Shown piece by piece: positions 1 to 8,478 of a stretch of DNA of 42,692 nt. How positions within the stretch are numbered: the stretch's first letter is position 1; each line of letters opens with the position of its first letter. The position numbers and the translations under genes are program-made. The notes under the pieces were generated by a model that was not told the DNA's origin, did not search any database, and was given only the letters and a program-made list of their open reading frames with translations. This DNA comes from Gemmatimonadota bacterium (GTDB taxonomy: Bacteria; Gemmatimonadota; Gemmatimonadetes; Palauibacterales; KS3-K002): contig JBDHGH010000024.1 of NCBI GenBank assembly GCA_039589995.1, forward strand, positions 1 to 42,692, given 5' to 3'.

Positions 1-828
1 GCCCTGGACGGACAGGGCGAGCGCGCGTCGATGTCGGAGGGACTCGAGAACACGCTGCGTGAGGCACAACTGCAGCAGCGTGAAAGGGAGACCGGGCAGC
101 AGAGCCTGTTCGGCGGTGAAGGCCCCGAAGGTCGGTCGGCACCGCCTCTACCGCGAATTCCCGAGTGGAGCGAGGCCGAGAAGCTCGCCCGCGAAAAGGA
201 ACTGGTCGGTTTCTTCGTCTCCGGCCACCCGCTGGACGCCCACCGGGACCTGGTGGGCCTCTACGCCGAACGCGCCAACACCAGCAACCTGGGCGAACGT
301 CGCGACGCGAGAGTGGAGTTGGCCTGCGTCGTTACCGAGATCTCACGCCGCATTTCGCGCAAGGACGGATCCGAGTGGGCGCGATTGGTCTTCGAGGACT
401 ACAACGGTACGGCGGTCGCGCTCGCCTTCCGCGACGTTTGGACGAAGCACCGCGACATGCTCGATCTCGGCATGCCCGTCCTGTTGAAAGGCAGCGTGTC
501 CGGCCGCGAACGAGACGAGGGGGATCCGCCGATCTTCCTGAACGATGTCGTCCCCTTGGACTCCGTCTATGGCAGTGGACGTGTCGCCGTCTGCCTCCAG
601 ATCGCCGACTCCGGCGAGATCGAGAGCGAGCGCCTGCGCCAGGCGATTAAGATCGCCAAGGCTCACCCGGGTCCGGCCCCCATACAGGTGATGCTGCAGA
701 ACGGCGGAGACGAACCTTCGCGGCTACGGTCCCGGAAGCTATCGGTGGCACCGCTCCCCGAGGTCCTGGAGGAGTTGCGCACGGTGCTCGGCGAGACCCA
801 CGTTCGCCTCGTAGAGGTACGCGGCTGA
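1..828 (+). CDS. dnaE: DNA polymerase III alpha subunit, C-terminal fragment (gene starts upstream of the window). Carries the GHPL motif and an OB-fold tail.
   Basis: Frame-1 ORF is open from position 1. Motifs ETGQQSLFG and KELVGFFVSGHPLD are typical of the DnaE C-terminus. accA lies immediately downstream, as in many bacteria. Confidence 0.85.
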   Translation, partial: ALDGQGERASMSEGLENTLREAQLQQRERETGQQSLFGGEGPEGRSAPPLPRIPEWSEAEKLAREKELVGFFVSGHPLDAHRDLVGLYAERANTSNLGERRDARVELACVVTEISRRISRKDGSEWARLVFEDYNGTAVALAFRDVWTKHRDMLDLGMPVLLKGSVSGRERDEGDPPIFLNDVVPLDSVYGSGRVAVCLQIADSGEIESERLRQAIKIAKAHPGPAPIQVMLQNGGDEPSRLRSRKLSVAPLPEVLEELRTVLGETHVRLVEVRG

Positions 829-948
829 GGGGCTGCCCTTGCCAGGTATGGCCTCTGCCGTCTATTCATTTCAGTCTGTTTTGCTAACTTATACAGTTCT
901 GCGATGAACCACACAGATTTGTGACGATGCGCGTAAGTACTGTATTCA

Positions 949-1943
949 ATGGCGATTATGGCAACTCATTCCGAATTCGAGCGCTCGATCCAAGAGACCC
1001 TATCAAAGATCGAAGACTTGAAAGAGCTGGCCAATTCAAGGGGGCTCGACGTGGAAGCTGACCTCAAGAAGCTGGAGGCCCAGCTGGACGAGCTGCGGAC
1101 CGAGACGTTCAAGTCGCTCTCGCCCATGCGTTCAAGTCGCTCTCGCCCATGGAGCGGGTCCAGATCGCACGGCACCCGCAGCGCCCGCACGCTTCCGACA
1201 TGATCGAGCGTGTGTTCACCGATTTCATGGAACTTCACGGCGATCGCGCTTACCGGGACGATCCGGCGGTCGTCGCCGGTTGGGCCCGCTTGAACGGCGA
1301 CTCGACCATGATCATCGCTCAGCAGAAGGGTCGCAACACGAAAGAGAACCTGAAGCGCAACTTCGCCATGATGCACCCCGAGGGCTACCGCAAGGCCCTT
1401 CGCATGATGCGCACGGCGGAGAAATTCCGACGTCCGATAATCACCATCATCGATACGCCCGCAGCCTACCCGGGCATCGGCGCCGAGGAACGCGGGCAGG
1501 CCGAGGCCATCGCCAAGAATCTGCGAGAGATGTCGCTGATCGAGGTCCCGATCATCGCGGCCGTCATCGGCGAAGGCGGTAGTGGCGGTGCGCTGGGCCT
1601 GAGCGTTGCCGATCGCATCATCATGATGGAACACGCCATCTACTCCGTGATCTCACCGGAGGGCTGCGCTTCGATACTGTGGAAAGAGAACACCGAGGAG
1701 GCTCGTGCGAAGGCCGCTGCAGCGCTCAAGCTCACAGCGCCCGACCTGCACAAGCTGGAAGTGATCGACGAAGTCATCCGCGAGCCCGAGGGCGGTGCAC
1801 ACGACGACTGGGACGGCGCCGCCGACTTGCTGAGGGAGGCGCTCACCCGGAACCTGGACGAGCTGCGACAGAAGTCCGTCGAGGACCTCTTGGACGGCCG
1901 GTACGCCAAGTACCGAAAGATGGGGGCGTGGACGGGTGATTGA
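949..1943 (+). pseudogene. accA: Acetyl-CoA carboxylase carboxyltransferase alpha subunit, split into two ORFs (949-1203 and 1149-1943) by a 23-bp tandem duplication.
   Basis: The downstream ORF has the AccA hallmarks: IARHPQRP, PIITIIDTPAAYPGIGAEERGQAEAIAKNLREM, VIGEGGSGGAL, YSVISPEGCASILWK. Removing one 23-bp copy gives a continuous ~323-aa AccA reading ...ETFKSLSPMERVQIARHPQRP... Confidence 0.85.
1106..1151. repeat. Exact 23-bp tandem duplication (CGTTCAAGTCGCTCTCGCCCATG x2) inside accA. It causes a +2 frameshift.
   Basis: Read directly from the sequence: 1106-1128 is identical to 1129-1151. Confidence 0.9.
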
Positions 1944-3051
1944 TCGGCCCAGGGACGCGGATGGGAAACCGGACGACTCTGCAGACCAACCCAACAACGA
2001 AGACGATCGGCTAGAGACAGCCGACGAGGCGTCGCACGACGACGACGGCGCAACGGCTGAATCCAACGACGGCGGCGGCGCAACGGCTGAATCCGAGGAC
2101 GTCAGCGATCCTCAGGAGCCCAGCGACGACACCCCCTCCGAAGAGGCCGCCGAGGTTTCGCAGCCGGCCGCTCCCGGCATCATCAGTAAGGGTCCGCGGC
2201 CCCAGTTCATCGAGGTCCGCTTTAAGGGCAAACGAAGTGACTTCTTCACCGCACACGTCACCCCGCCCATCCGATTGCGCGAGTTCGTGGTCGTTGAGGC
2301 CGACCGAGGTCAGGACCTCGGGACCGTCAGCGCCGCGAACGAATTGGCGCGGAAGAAGTGCGGGGCGTGCGAGGGGTGCAACCAGAACAGCCTGCCGGCC
2401 AAGCGAGTGCTGAGGCGCGCCGCACCGCTGGACGTCGAGCGCGGAATCGAGCTGCGATCCGAGGAGGGGACGATCCGGCGCGACGTACGGCGGATGGTGA
2501 CCGAGCACAAGCTGAAGATGAAGATCAGCGATTCCGAGTGGCAGTGGGACCGCAACAAATTGATCATCTACTTCACGGCCGACAAACGAGTCGATTTTCG
2601 CGTCCTGGTCCGCAGCCTTGCCAAGAAATACCGAACGCGGATCGAATTGAAGCAGATTGGCGTGCGAGATGAAGCCAGACGGCTCGACGGTGTCGGTCGC
2701 TGCGGACGCGAACTGTGTTCCTCAAACTGGCTGCCCGAACTCAAGCCCGTGACCCTACAACTCGCCAAAGACCAGAACCTCTCGCTCAACCCTTCGCAGA
2801 TCTCGGGAGCCTGCGGTCGACTGATGTGCTCGCTGCGCTACGAGCACGACTTCTACGTCCAGGCCCGCAAGCGATTCCCCAAGGAAGGCCGTCAAGTCCG
2901 GACCGCAGACGGGACCGAGACAGTGGAAACCGTCAACATCTTCGGCAATCGCGTCACGCTCCGGAACGAATCGGGTGAGTTCCGGACGCTTTCCCTGGAG
3001 GACTTGAAGCGCGAGACGGCCGAAGCACGCAAGAGCGCTAGAGCAAACTGA
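1936..3051 (+). CDS. ricT: PSP1 C-terminal domain protein (RicT/YaaT-like) with an ~80-aa acidic low-complexity N-terminal extension.
   Basis: Strong similarity to the YaaT core: IIYFTADKRVDFRVLV...RIELKQIGVRDEA...CGRELCS...AKDQNLSLNPSQISGACGRLMCS. The ATG overlaps the accA stop. metG follows, matching the conserved holB-yaaT-metG neighbourhood. Confidence 0.85.
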   Translation: MIDRPRDADGKPDDSADQPNNEDDRLETADEASHDDDGATAESNDGGGATAESEDVSDPQEPSDDTPSEEAAEVSQPAAPGIISKGPRPQFIEVRFKGKRSDFFTAHVTPPIRLREFVVVEADRGQDLGTVSAANELARKKCGACEGCNQNSLPAKRVLRRAAPLDVERGIELRSEEGTIRRDVRRMVTEHKLKMKISDSEWQWDRNKLIIYFTADKRVDFRVLVRSLAKKYRTRIELKQIGVRDEARRLDGVGRCGRELCSSNWLPELKPVTLQLAKDQNLSLNPSQISGACGRLMCSLRYEHDFYVQARKRFPKEGRQVRTADGTETVETVNIFGNRVTLRNESGEFRTLSLEDLKRETAEARKSARAN

Positions 3052-3062
3052 GGCCGCCGACC

Positions 3063-4562
3063 TTGTCCAAGTTCTACATCACCACAGCGATCGACTATTC
3101 CAACGGCTACCCGCACCTGGGCCACGCCTTCGAGAAGATCGGCGCCGATGCCATCGCCCGGTACCGGCGTCTTAGCGGTGAGGATGTTCATTTCCTCATC
3201 GGAACGGACGAGAACTCGCAGACGGTCGTTCAGGCCGCCGCCGATGCCGGTCTCGAGCCCCGTCAGTGGGCGGACCAATTGGCCGAGGTTTTCTCGCTGG
3301 CCTGGGAGCGCTTGGGAATCAGTCACGACGACTTCATCCGCACAACCGAGGACCGTCACAAGCGCGCGGTGATCGAGATGGTCTCGCGGATCAAGCAGGC
3401 GGGATACATCTACGAAGGCACGTACGAGGGCATGTTCTGCGAGCGCTGCGAGGCATTCAAGCAGGAAAAGGATCTGGTCGACGGCCGCTGCCCGGAGCAC
3501 CCCGACAGGGATGTGATTTGGACCAAGGAAGACAACTACTTTTTCAAACTGTCGGCATTCCGCGACCCATTGTTGAAGTTGCTGGATGAGCACCCCGAGT
3601 TCGTACAGCCGGAAATCCGTCGCAACGAAATCCGCAACGTGCTGGAAGATGGCCTGCAAGACATTTCGATGTCCCGGCCCCAGACAGACTGGGGGATTCC
3701 CTTCCCCGGCGACCCCAATCACAAGGTCTACGTCTGGTTCGATGCTTTGATTAACTACCTGTCAGCCATCGGTTTTCCCGACGAGAACTACAAGGACTGG
3801 TGGCCGGCAGAACAGCACGTCATCGGAAAGGGTATCACGCGATTCCACTGCATCTTCTGGCCCGCCATGCTGATGGCCGCGGGTGTGGAGCTGCCAGCGA
3901 CCGTATGGGCCCACGGCTACATCAATTGGGAAGGCCGCAAGTTGTCGAAGTCCGGCGGGGCCGCCGTCACTCTCGATAGCGCCACCGAGCGTTACGGGGC
4001 GGACCCCCTCCGCTACTTCCTGCTGCGCGAAATCCCCTGGAACGCCGATGGCGATTTCAGCTGGCAGCGCTACGACGATATCTACAACGCCGAGCTGGCC
4101 AACGACCTCGGCAACCTGGCCAACCGCACCCTGGCAATGATCCACAAGTACAGAGACGCGGTGGTGCCGAAGGGTGGGGCCACGTCGCTCGACGAACGCG
4201 GCGAAGAAGTCCTGGCCAAGTACCGCGAGGCGATGGACGGCTACCTGATTCACCAGGCCATCGCTGCTGCCATGGAATTGGCCGGCGCCGCGAACGTCTA
4301 CATCGAAGAACAGGCACCGTGGAAGCTGGCCAAGGATCCCGAGAAGAGCGACCAACTCGACTCCGTCCTCGCCGGCCTCGCCCGCTCGCTCGCTCGGCTA
4401 TCCACTTTGTTGGGCCCGGTGATGCCGAATAAGGCGCTGGAGCTGTGGCATGCACTGGGACAGGAAGGCGAACTGGCGCTCTTGACCGAGTACGCGACTC
4501 TGGATCTGGCCGACACAACTGTGCAGCGTCAGGCCGTACTGTTCCCCAAACCGGAAAGCTGA
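3063..4562 (+). CDS. metG: Methionyl-tRNA synthetase, short form without the C-terminal tRNA-binding domain. TTG start.
   Basis: HLGH motif (YPHLGHAFE), KMSKS-type motif (KLSKSGG), MetRS zinc knuckle CERCEAF...CPEHPD. 499 aa. Confidence 0.95.
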   Translation: MSKFYITTAIDYSNGYPHLGHAFEKIGADAIARYRRLSGEDVHFLIGTDENSQTVVQAAADAGLEPRQWADQLAEVFSLAWERLGISHDDFIRTTEDRHKRAVIEMVSRIKQAGYIYEGTYEGMFCERCEAFKQEKDLVDGRCPEHPDRDVIWTKEDNYFFKLSAFRDPLLKLLDEHPEFVQPEIRRNEIRNVLEDGLQDISMSRPQTDWGIPFPGDPNHKVYVWFDALINYLSAIGFPDENYKDWWPAEQHVIGKGITRFHCIFWPAMLMAAGVELPATVWAHGYINWEGRKLSKSGGAAVTLDSATERYGADPLRYFLLREIPWNADGDFSWQRYDDIYNAELANDLGNLANRTLAMIHKYRDAVVPKGGATSLDERGEEVLAKYREAMDGYLIHQAIAAAMELAGAANVYIEEQAPWKLAKDPEKSDQLDSVLAGLARSLARLSTLLGPVMPNKALELWHALGQEGELALLTEYATLDLADTTVQRQAVLFPKPES

Positions 4563-4573
4563 CGGCCGCATCG

Positions 4574-5788
4574 ATGACGCGGTACCGGGCCGTTCACGCC
4601 GAGATCCTTCTTTGCCTGGTCCTCGCCGCCTGCGCCACACGCGCGCCTCAGGAAACGCCGCCGCCGCAACCGGAGCCAGAAATCGTCGAGCCGGTCGAAG
4701 CCGAGCAACCCGCACCCGAAATCGCGGAACCGGAACAGCCCGATGCGACGCCCCAGCCGCCCGAGGAACCCCGCCAACCGGTCCGGGTTTGCGCCGGCGG
4801 TGACATGCTGCTGGGCAACAACCTGGACACGCTTTGGGCAGCCCGCGCCAGCGCGCGGCTGGGGCAACCCGTGGCTGCATTTCCCAGTCCCGACTCGCTC
4901 CTCGCTCCGCTGCAGCCGCTGGTCTCGGACGCCGAGGTCGTACTGCTCAACATCGAGGGCGCCATCGGTGAGGGACCCGCGCCGAGCAAATGCCGGCCTG
5001 GCTCCACGACCTGCTACTCTTTTCGCCAACCCACCGATGTAGCGTTGGCTCTCGGTCGCTTCGCCGACCCGGCGATGGTCGTGGGGAACGTGGCCAACAA
5101 CCACGCGCTGGACGCCGGGCTCGAAGGCTGGCACTCGACCATTCGCCACCTGGCCGAGGCGGGCATCGAGGCCACCGGCGCCGATACGCTCCCGACCCTG
5201 GTCATTTCTGCCACGGGGCGCGACACGATCGCCGTTCTGGGTTTCAGCACATTCAGGGCGGGCATCGACGCCAGAGACCTGAGCGGGGTCCGACGCCACG
5301 TGGCCCGCTCCTTCGCGCAATACCGCCGCGTCATCGTATCGGTGCACATGGGCGCAGAGGGACGCGACGCGCAGCGTACCTCGGACGCGACAGAGATGTT
5401 TCTCGGGGAAAATCGGGGCAATCCGGTGGAATTCGCTCGGGTAGCCACCGAGTCGGGTGCGGCCCTGGTGATCGGTCACGGACCCCATGTCCTGCGCGCC
5501 GTGGAATGGCGCGGTGACGCGCTGGTCTTTTACTCGCTGGGCAATCTCTTGACCTACGGACCATTCAACCAGCGCGAGCCCAATAGCCGCGGCGGCATCG
5601 CCTGTGCCTCTATCGATGAGGCGGGGCGAATCTCGGATGCCGCGTTTCGGTCGACGGTCCAACGCTCGCCGGGTCTGGTGAGTTCCGACCTATCGGGACG
5701 CGGGAGCTTTTTGCTGGATTCGCTGAGTCGGCTGGATTTTCCGCTCAGCGGCGGGCGGGTTCGAACGGACGGGAAGGTCGTGCGGTGA
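4574..5788 (+). CDS. CapA-family (poly-gamma-glutamate synthesis-like) metallophosphatase lipoprotein. Has a Pro/Glu-rich linker after the signal peptide.
   Basis: Lipobox LAAC after MTRYRAVHAEILLCLVL. CapA-like motifs VCAGGDMLLG, GNVANNHALD, VSVHMGAEG, VIGHGPHVLR. Start chosen at the internal ATG at 4574; the track ORF begins at 4445 inside metG. Confidence 0.7.
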   Translation: MTRYRAVHAEILLCLVLAACATRAPQETPPPQPEPEIVEPVEAEQPAPEIAEPEQPDATPQPPEEPRQPVRVCAGGDMLLGNNLDTLWAARASARLGQPVAAFPSPDSLLAPLQPLVSDAEVVLLNIEGAIGEGPAPSKCRPGSTTCYSFRQPTDVALALGRFADPAMVVGNVANNHALDAGLEGWHSTIRHLAEAGIEATGADTLPTLVISATGRDTIAVLGFSTFRAGIDARDLSGVRRHVARSFAQYRRVIVSVHMGAEGRDAQRTSDATEMFLGENRGNPVEFARVATESGAALVIGHGPHVLRAVEWRGDALVFYSLGNLLTYGPFNQREPNSRGGIACASIDEAGRISDAAFRSTVQRSPGLVSSDLSGRGSFLLDSLSRLDFPLSGGRVRTDGKVVR

Positions 5789-5796
5789 TATGAGAC

Positions 5797-5980
5797 GAAC
5801 ATCGAACACCCAACACCGATATGTGAAGTCCGAAGATGGAGACGAATGATTAACTTCGAATATCGGATACGAACACCGAACCTAGAGTCTTCACTTCTGT
5901 TTTCGCATTCGATATTCAGTGTTTCCCCTGTTCGTCTCCATCTTCGAATCTCACATATCGATGTACGGTGTTCGATGTTC
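5797..5980. repeat. MITE-like repeat, copy A. Outer 14-bp terminal inverted repeat GAACATCGAACACC/GGTGTTCGATGTTC and inner 15-bp inverted repeat GAAGATGGAGACGAA/TTCGTCTCCATCTTC. AT-richer than the genome.
   Basis: Nested inverted repeats read directly. Homologous copies lie at 7938-8113 and 22823-23001 at roughly 75-85% identity by eye. All three sit exactly in intergenic gaps. Confidence 0.75.
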
Positions 5981-5990
5981 GTCTCCCCTT

Positions 5991-7268
5991 CTACGACTCT
6001 GCCTCCACACCAGCCCCCAACCGGCTAAGTATGTTCACACCCGTGGCGTTTTCAATCTGCTCCGTCAGCTTGATCACCGCCGCCGGCAACTGGCCCGCCG
6101 TATTAGCTACGCCGGCTCCCTCGCCGGAATCGATCACCGTCAGCTTATCGATGTCGATGCCTTCCACCGTCTTCGATAGATCACTGATGATGTCGGGCAA
6201 CATGTTGAGGATGAAGATCTTTTCGGCCTCGCTGCCTGCGTTCAGGTATAGCTTAATCATCTGGTCCAGAACGAACACGCGAGCACGGCCGTCCTCGACG
6301 ATCGTCGCCGCCACACCTTTCGCCAGCTCTTCGGCTGCCTCTTTCTCGGCCCGGGCCGGCAGCAGGACGTCGGCCTCCAGCCGCCGTGTCTCCAGCGCGA
6401 TCCGCTCCTGCTGCAGTTCCTGCTCGGCGACCACCTTGGCTTTCTCACCCGCGACGGGCGCGACTTGCTCCTGCGCCAGCGCCTGGGCCTCGAGCTGCGC
6501 CGTCCGCACACGCAGATCGTTGGTCTTCTCGACGATGGCCAGGTCGGCCTCGACCTTGGCGATCTCCGCCGCTCGACGCGCCGAGGCCTCGGTCTGCTCC
6601 GCTTCCGAACTGCGCTCGGCCTCCGCCACGCGAGCCTTCTTCAAGATGTCGGCGGTTCGCTGCCGACCGATCGAGTCGAGGTAATTCACCTCGTCGGTGA
6701 CGTTCTGGATCTTGAGCGTATCCAGCTCCAGACCCAGCTTCTTCATGTCTTCGTCCGCCTCCTCGATCAACCTGTGGGCGAACTTCAGTCGGTCTTCGTT
6801 CACCTCTTCTGGACTCAGCGTCGCCACGACGCCACGCAGGTTACCTTCCAACGTGTCCTTGGCGATCGTCATGATCTCGTCGAACGGTTTGTCCAGCATC
6901 CGTTCGACAGCGTTGTGCGCGACGGGATCGCGGCCGCTGATCTTCACGTTCGCGATTCCATGCACGATGAGCGGAATCCCGCCTTTCGAGTAAGCGTTTC
7001 GAACCTGTACTTCGATGGGCAAGGTCGTGAGGTCGATTCGCGAGACCCTTTCGATAATCGGCACCCGCATGGTGCGCCCGCCATGCAGCAGACGGTAACC
7101 CGACGTACGACCGTCAGCTGCGAGGCGTTTGCGCCCCGTGATCACTACCATCTCGTTGGGCTGGCAGATGACGATCAGCGACCTGACCGTATAGATCAAG
7201 GCCATCAGAGTTCCAAGCCCCACCATTCCAAGTATGACTGCCGTTTCCTGAGACACGGCTGAACTCAA
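5991..7268 (-). CDS. Flotillin / SPFH (band-7) domain protein, YqiK/FloT-like. TTG start.
   Basis: N-terminal TM helix, an SPFH domain, then a long Ala/Glu-rich coiled coil (AEAERSSEAEQTEASARRAAEIAKVEADLA...). 4-bp overlap with the upstream NfeD gene. Confidence 0.9.
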   Translation of the reverse strand: MSSAVSQETAVILGMVGLGTLMALIYTVRSLIVICQPNEMVVITGRKRLAADGRTSGYRLLHGGRTMRVPIIERVSRIDLTTLPIEVQVRNAYSKGGIPLIVHGIANVKISGRDPVAHNAVERMLDKPFDEIMTIAKDTLEGNLRGVVATLSPEEVNEDRLKFAHRLIEEADEDMKKLGLELDTLKIQNVTDEVNYLDSIGRQRTADILKKARVAEAERSSEAEQTEASARRAAEIAKVEADLAIVEKTNDLRVRTAQLEAQALAQEQVAPVAGEKAKVVAEQELQQERIALETRRLEADVLLPARAEKEAAEELAKGVAATIVEDGRARVFVLDQMIKLYLNAGSEAEKIFILNMLPDIISDLSKTVEGIDIDKLTVIDSGEGAGVANTAGQLPAAVIKLTEQIENATGVNILSRLGAGVEAES

Positions 7269-7912
7269 CTTTCTGGAGGAAGAAGTTCGGGAGCGTCGAA
7301 TGGGATCACCTCCGCTACCCCATCCTCGACCCGCACGATGACCACCTCGTCACCGGGCTCTAACCGCCGGGACACATCCGGCGCCAGTCGCGCCGTGATG
7401 TACTGCTCCCGATCGGCGATCAAACACGAGATCCTGCCCGATTCGCCCGGACTCACCGGCAACTCCACGCGCCCCGCCCGCCCCTCGATCTCCCGCTCGC
7501 TCAGCGCTTCCACCGCAACGTCGCTCCGCCTGAGCCACGTGAAGACGCCATACGTCATCAGCCACGCGCCTCCACCCATTCCCAAGGCCATCCCCAGTGT
7601 GCTCCCCTCGGGCGTCCCCGTCCAGGTGAGCAGCGTACCCGTAATACCGAAGGCGGCCATGAAAAAGATCAGGTTCCGCGGCCGGAATAGGCCGAGAACG
7701 AGCTCGCCCGCGGCATCGTGCCCGACGTGGAAATCGTGATCGGCATCCATACCTCCCATGTCGGCATCCACGCCGGAGACATCGGCGTCGAACGACGCGT
7801 CCACATCCACCGGGGCATCGACGTCACCGACATCGTGATGGGCACCACTGAGCAAAGAGAAGAGCAAAAGCCCGCCGCCCAGCATCGCGGACAGAATGTA
7901 GATTCCAAGCAT
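7265..7912 (-). CDS. NfeD-family membrane protein, flotillin partner, with C-terminal OB-fold.
   Basis: TM segments plus the C-terminal NfeD-like beta-barrel (GRVELPVSPGESGRISCLIADREQYITARL...GDEVVIVRVEDGVAEVIP). Translationally coupled to the flotillin gene. Unusual His/Asp-rich DxD repeat segment near the N-terminus. Confidence 0.75.
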   Translation of the reverse strand: MLGIYILSAMLGGGLLLFSLLSGAHHDVGDVDAPVDVDASFDADVSGVDADMGGMDADHDFHVGHDAAGELVLGLFRPRNLIFFMAAFGITGTLLTWTGTPEGSTLGMALGMGGGAWLMTYGVFTWLRRSDVAVEALSEREIEGRAGRVELPVSPGESGRISCLIADREQYITARLAPDVSRRLEPGDEVVIVRVEDGVAEVIPFDAPELLPPES

Positions 7913-7937
7913 TGTCCGGCTCCCGCGTCAGGGGAGC

Positions 7938-8113
7938 GAACATCGAGAATCGAAATGAAACTCCGAAGAAAGGGACGAACAACCAACGCCAACCATCGAA
8001 TACGACTCCAAACTGAGGTTCTCACTTCAGTATTCGTATTCGAAATTCAGAATTCTCTTCTGTTCGTCTCCACCTTCGAATTTCACATATCGATGATCGG
8101 TGTTCGATGTTCG
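7938..8113. repeat. MITE-like repeat, copy B. Same family and same orientation as copy A.
   Basis: Shares GAACATCGA...TTCGTCTCCACCTTCGAATTTCACATATCGATGATCGGTGTTCGATGTTCG with copy A. Confidence 0.75.
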
Positions 8114-8376
8114 ATTCACTTCTTTGGATCTAACCTGACCCAGCCTCGAACCCGGCGCAACGGGTCATCGGACCTCTCTGATTAGCTACACCCTCCGCCA
8201 TACGTTTATTCAAGCAAACTCGGCCAAAAAGTCTTGTTCATGGTGAAATTATTACCGCTTTTCCCGATCCCAAATAGAGAGCAAAAAGTCCCTTAAATGC
8301 CTGTGTAGCAATAGATTAGAGGATTGACTTAATGTAGGAATAAACCTTGCATACTCTAAGTGCCCGGCGCGGTAGC

Positions 8377-8405
8377 TTGACACCCCTACCGCAACTTGTT
8401 AACGT
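8377..8405 (+). promoter_or_regulatory. Putative sigma-70-type promoter TTGACA-17-TAACGT upstream of the M23 peptidase gene.
   Basis: Perfect -35 hexamer, 17-bp spacer, -10 with the conserved T1/A2/T6. Lies in an unusually AT-rich ~350-bp intergenic stretch (8120-8478). Confidence 0.35.
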
Positions 8406-8478
8406 GGCGCCGCCCCCTCCTCCATCGGTTTAGCCGACGATTATTGGCGAAGCAGTAGGGCCATGTGACGGCTGTTTC

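Noticed and set aside
4529-5662. 377-aa minus-strand ORF opposite the CapA-like gene
   Set aside because: Antisense junk composition. The + strand frame has a lipoprotein signal and CapA/metallophosphatase motifs.
5968-7262. Several + strand ORFs (238 aa, 265 aa, 104 aa) opposite the flotillin gene
   Set aside because: Flotillin/SPFH homology on the minus strand is unambiguous. The + strand ORFs are Ser/Arg/Ala-rich antisense artefacts.
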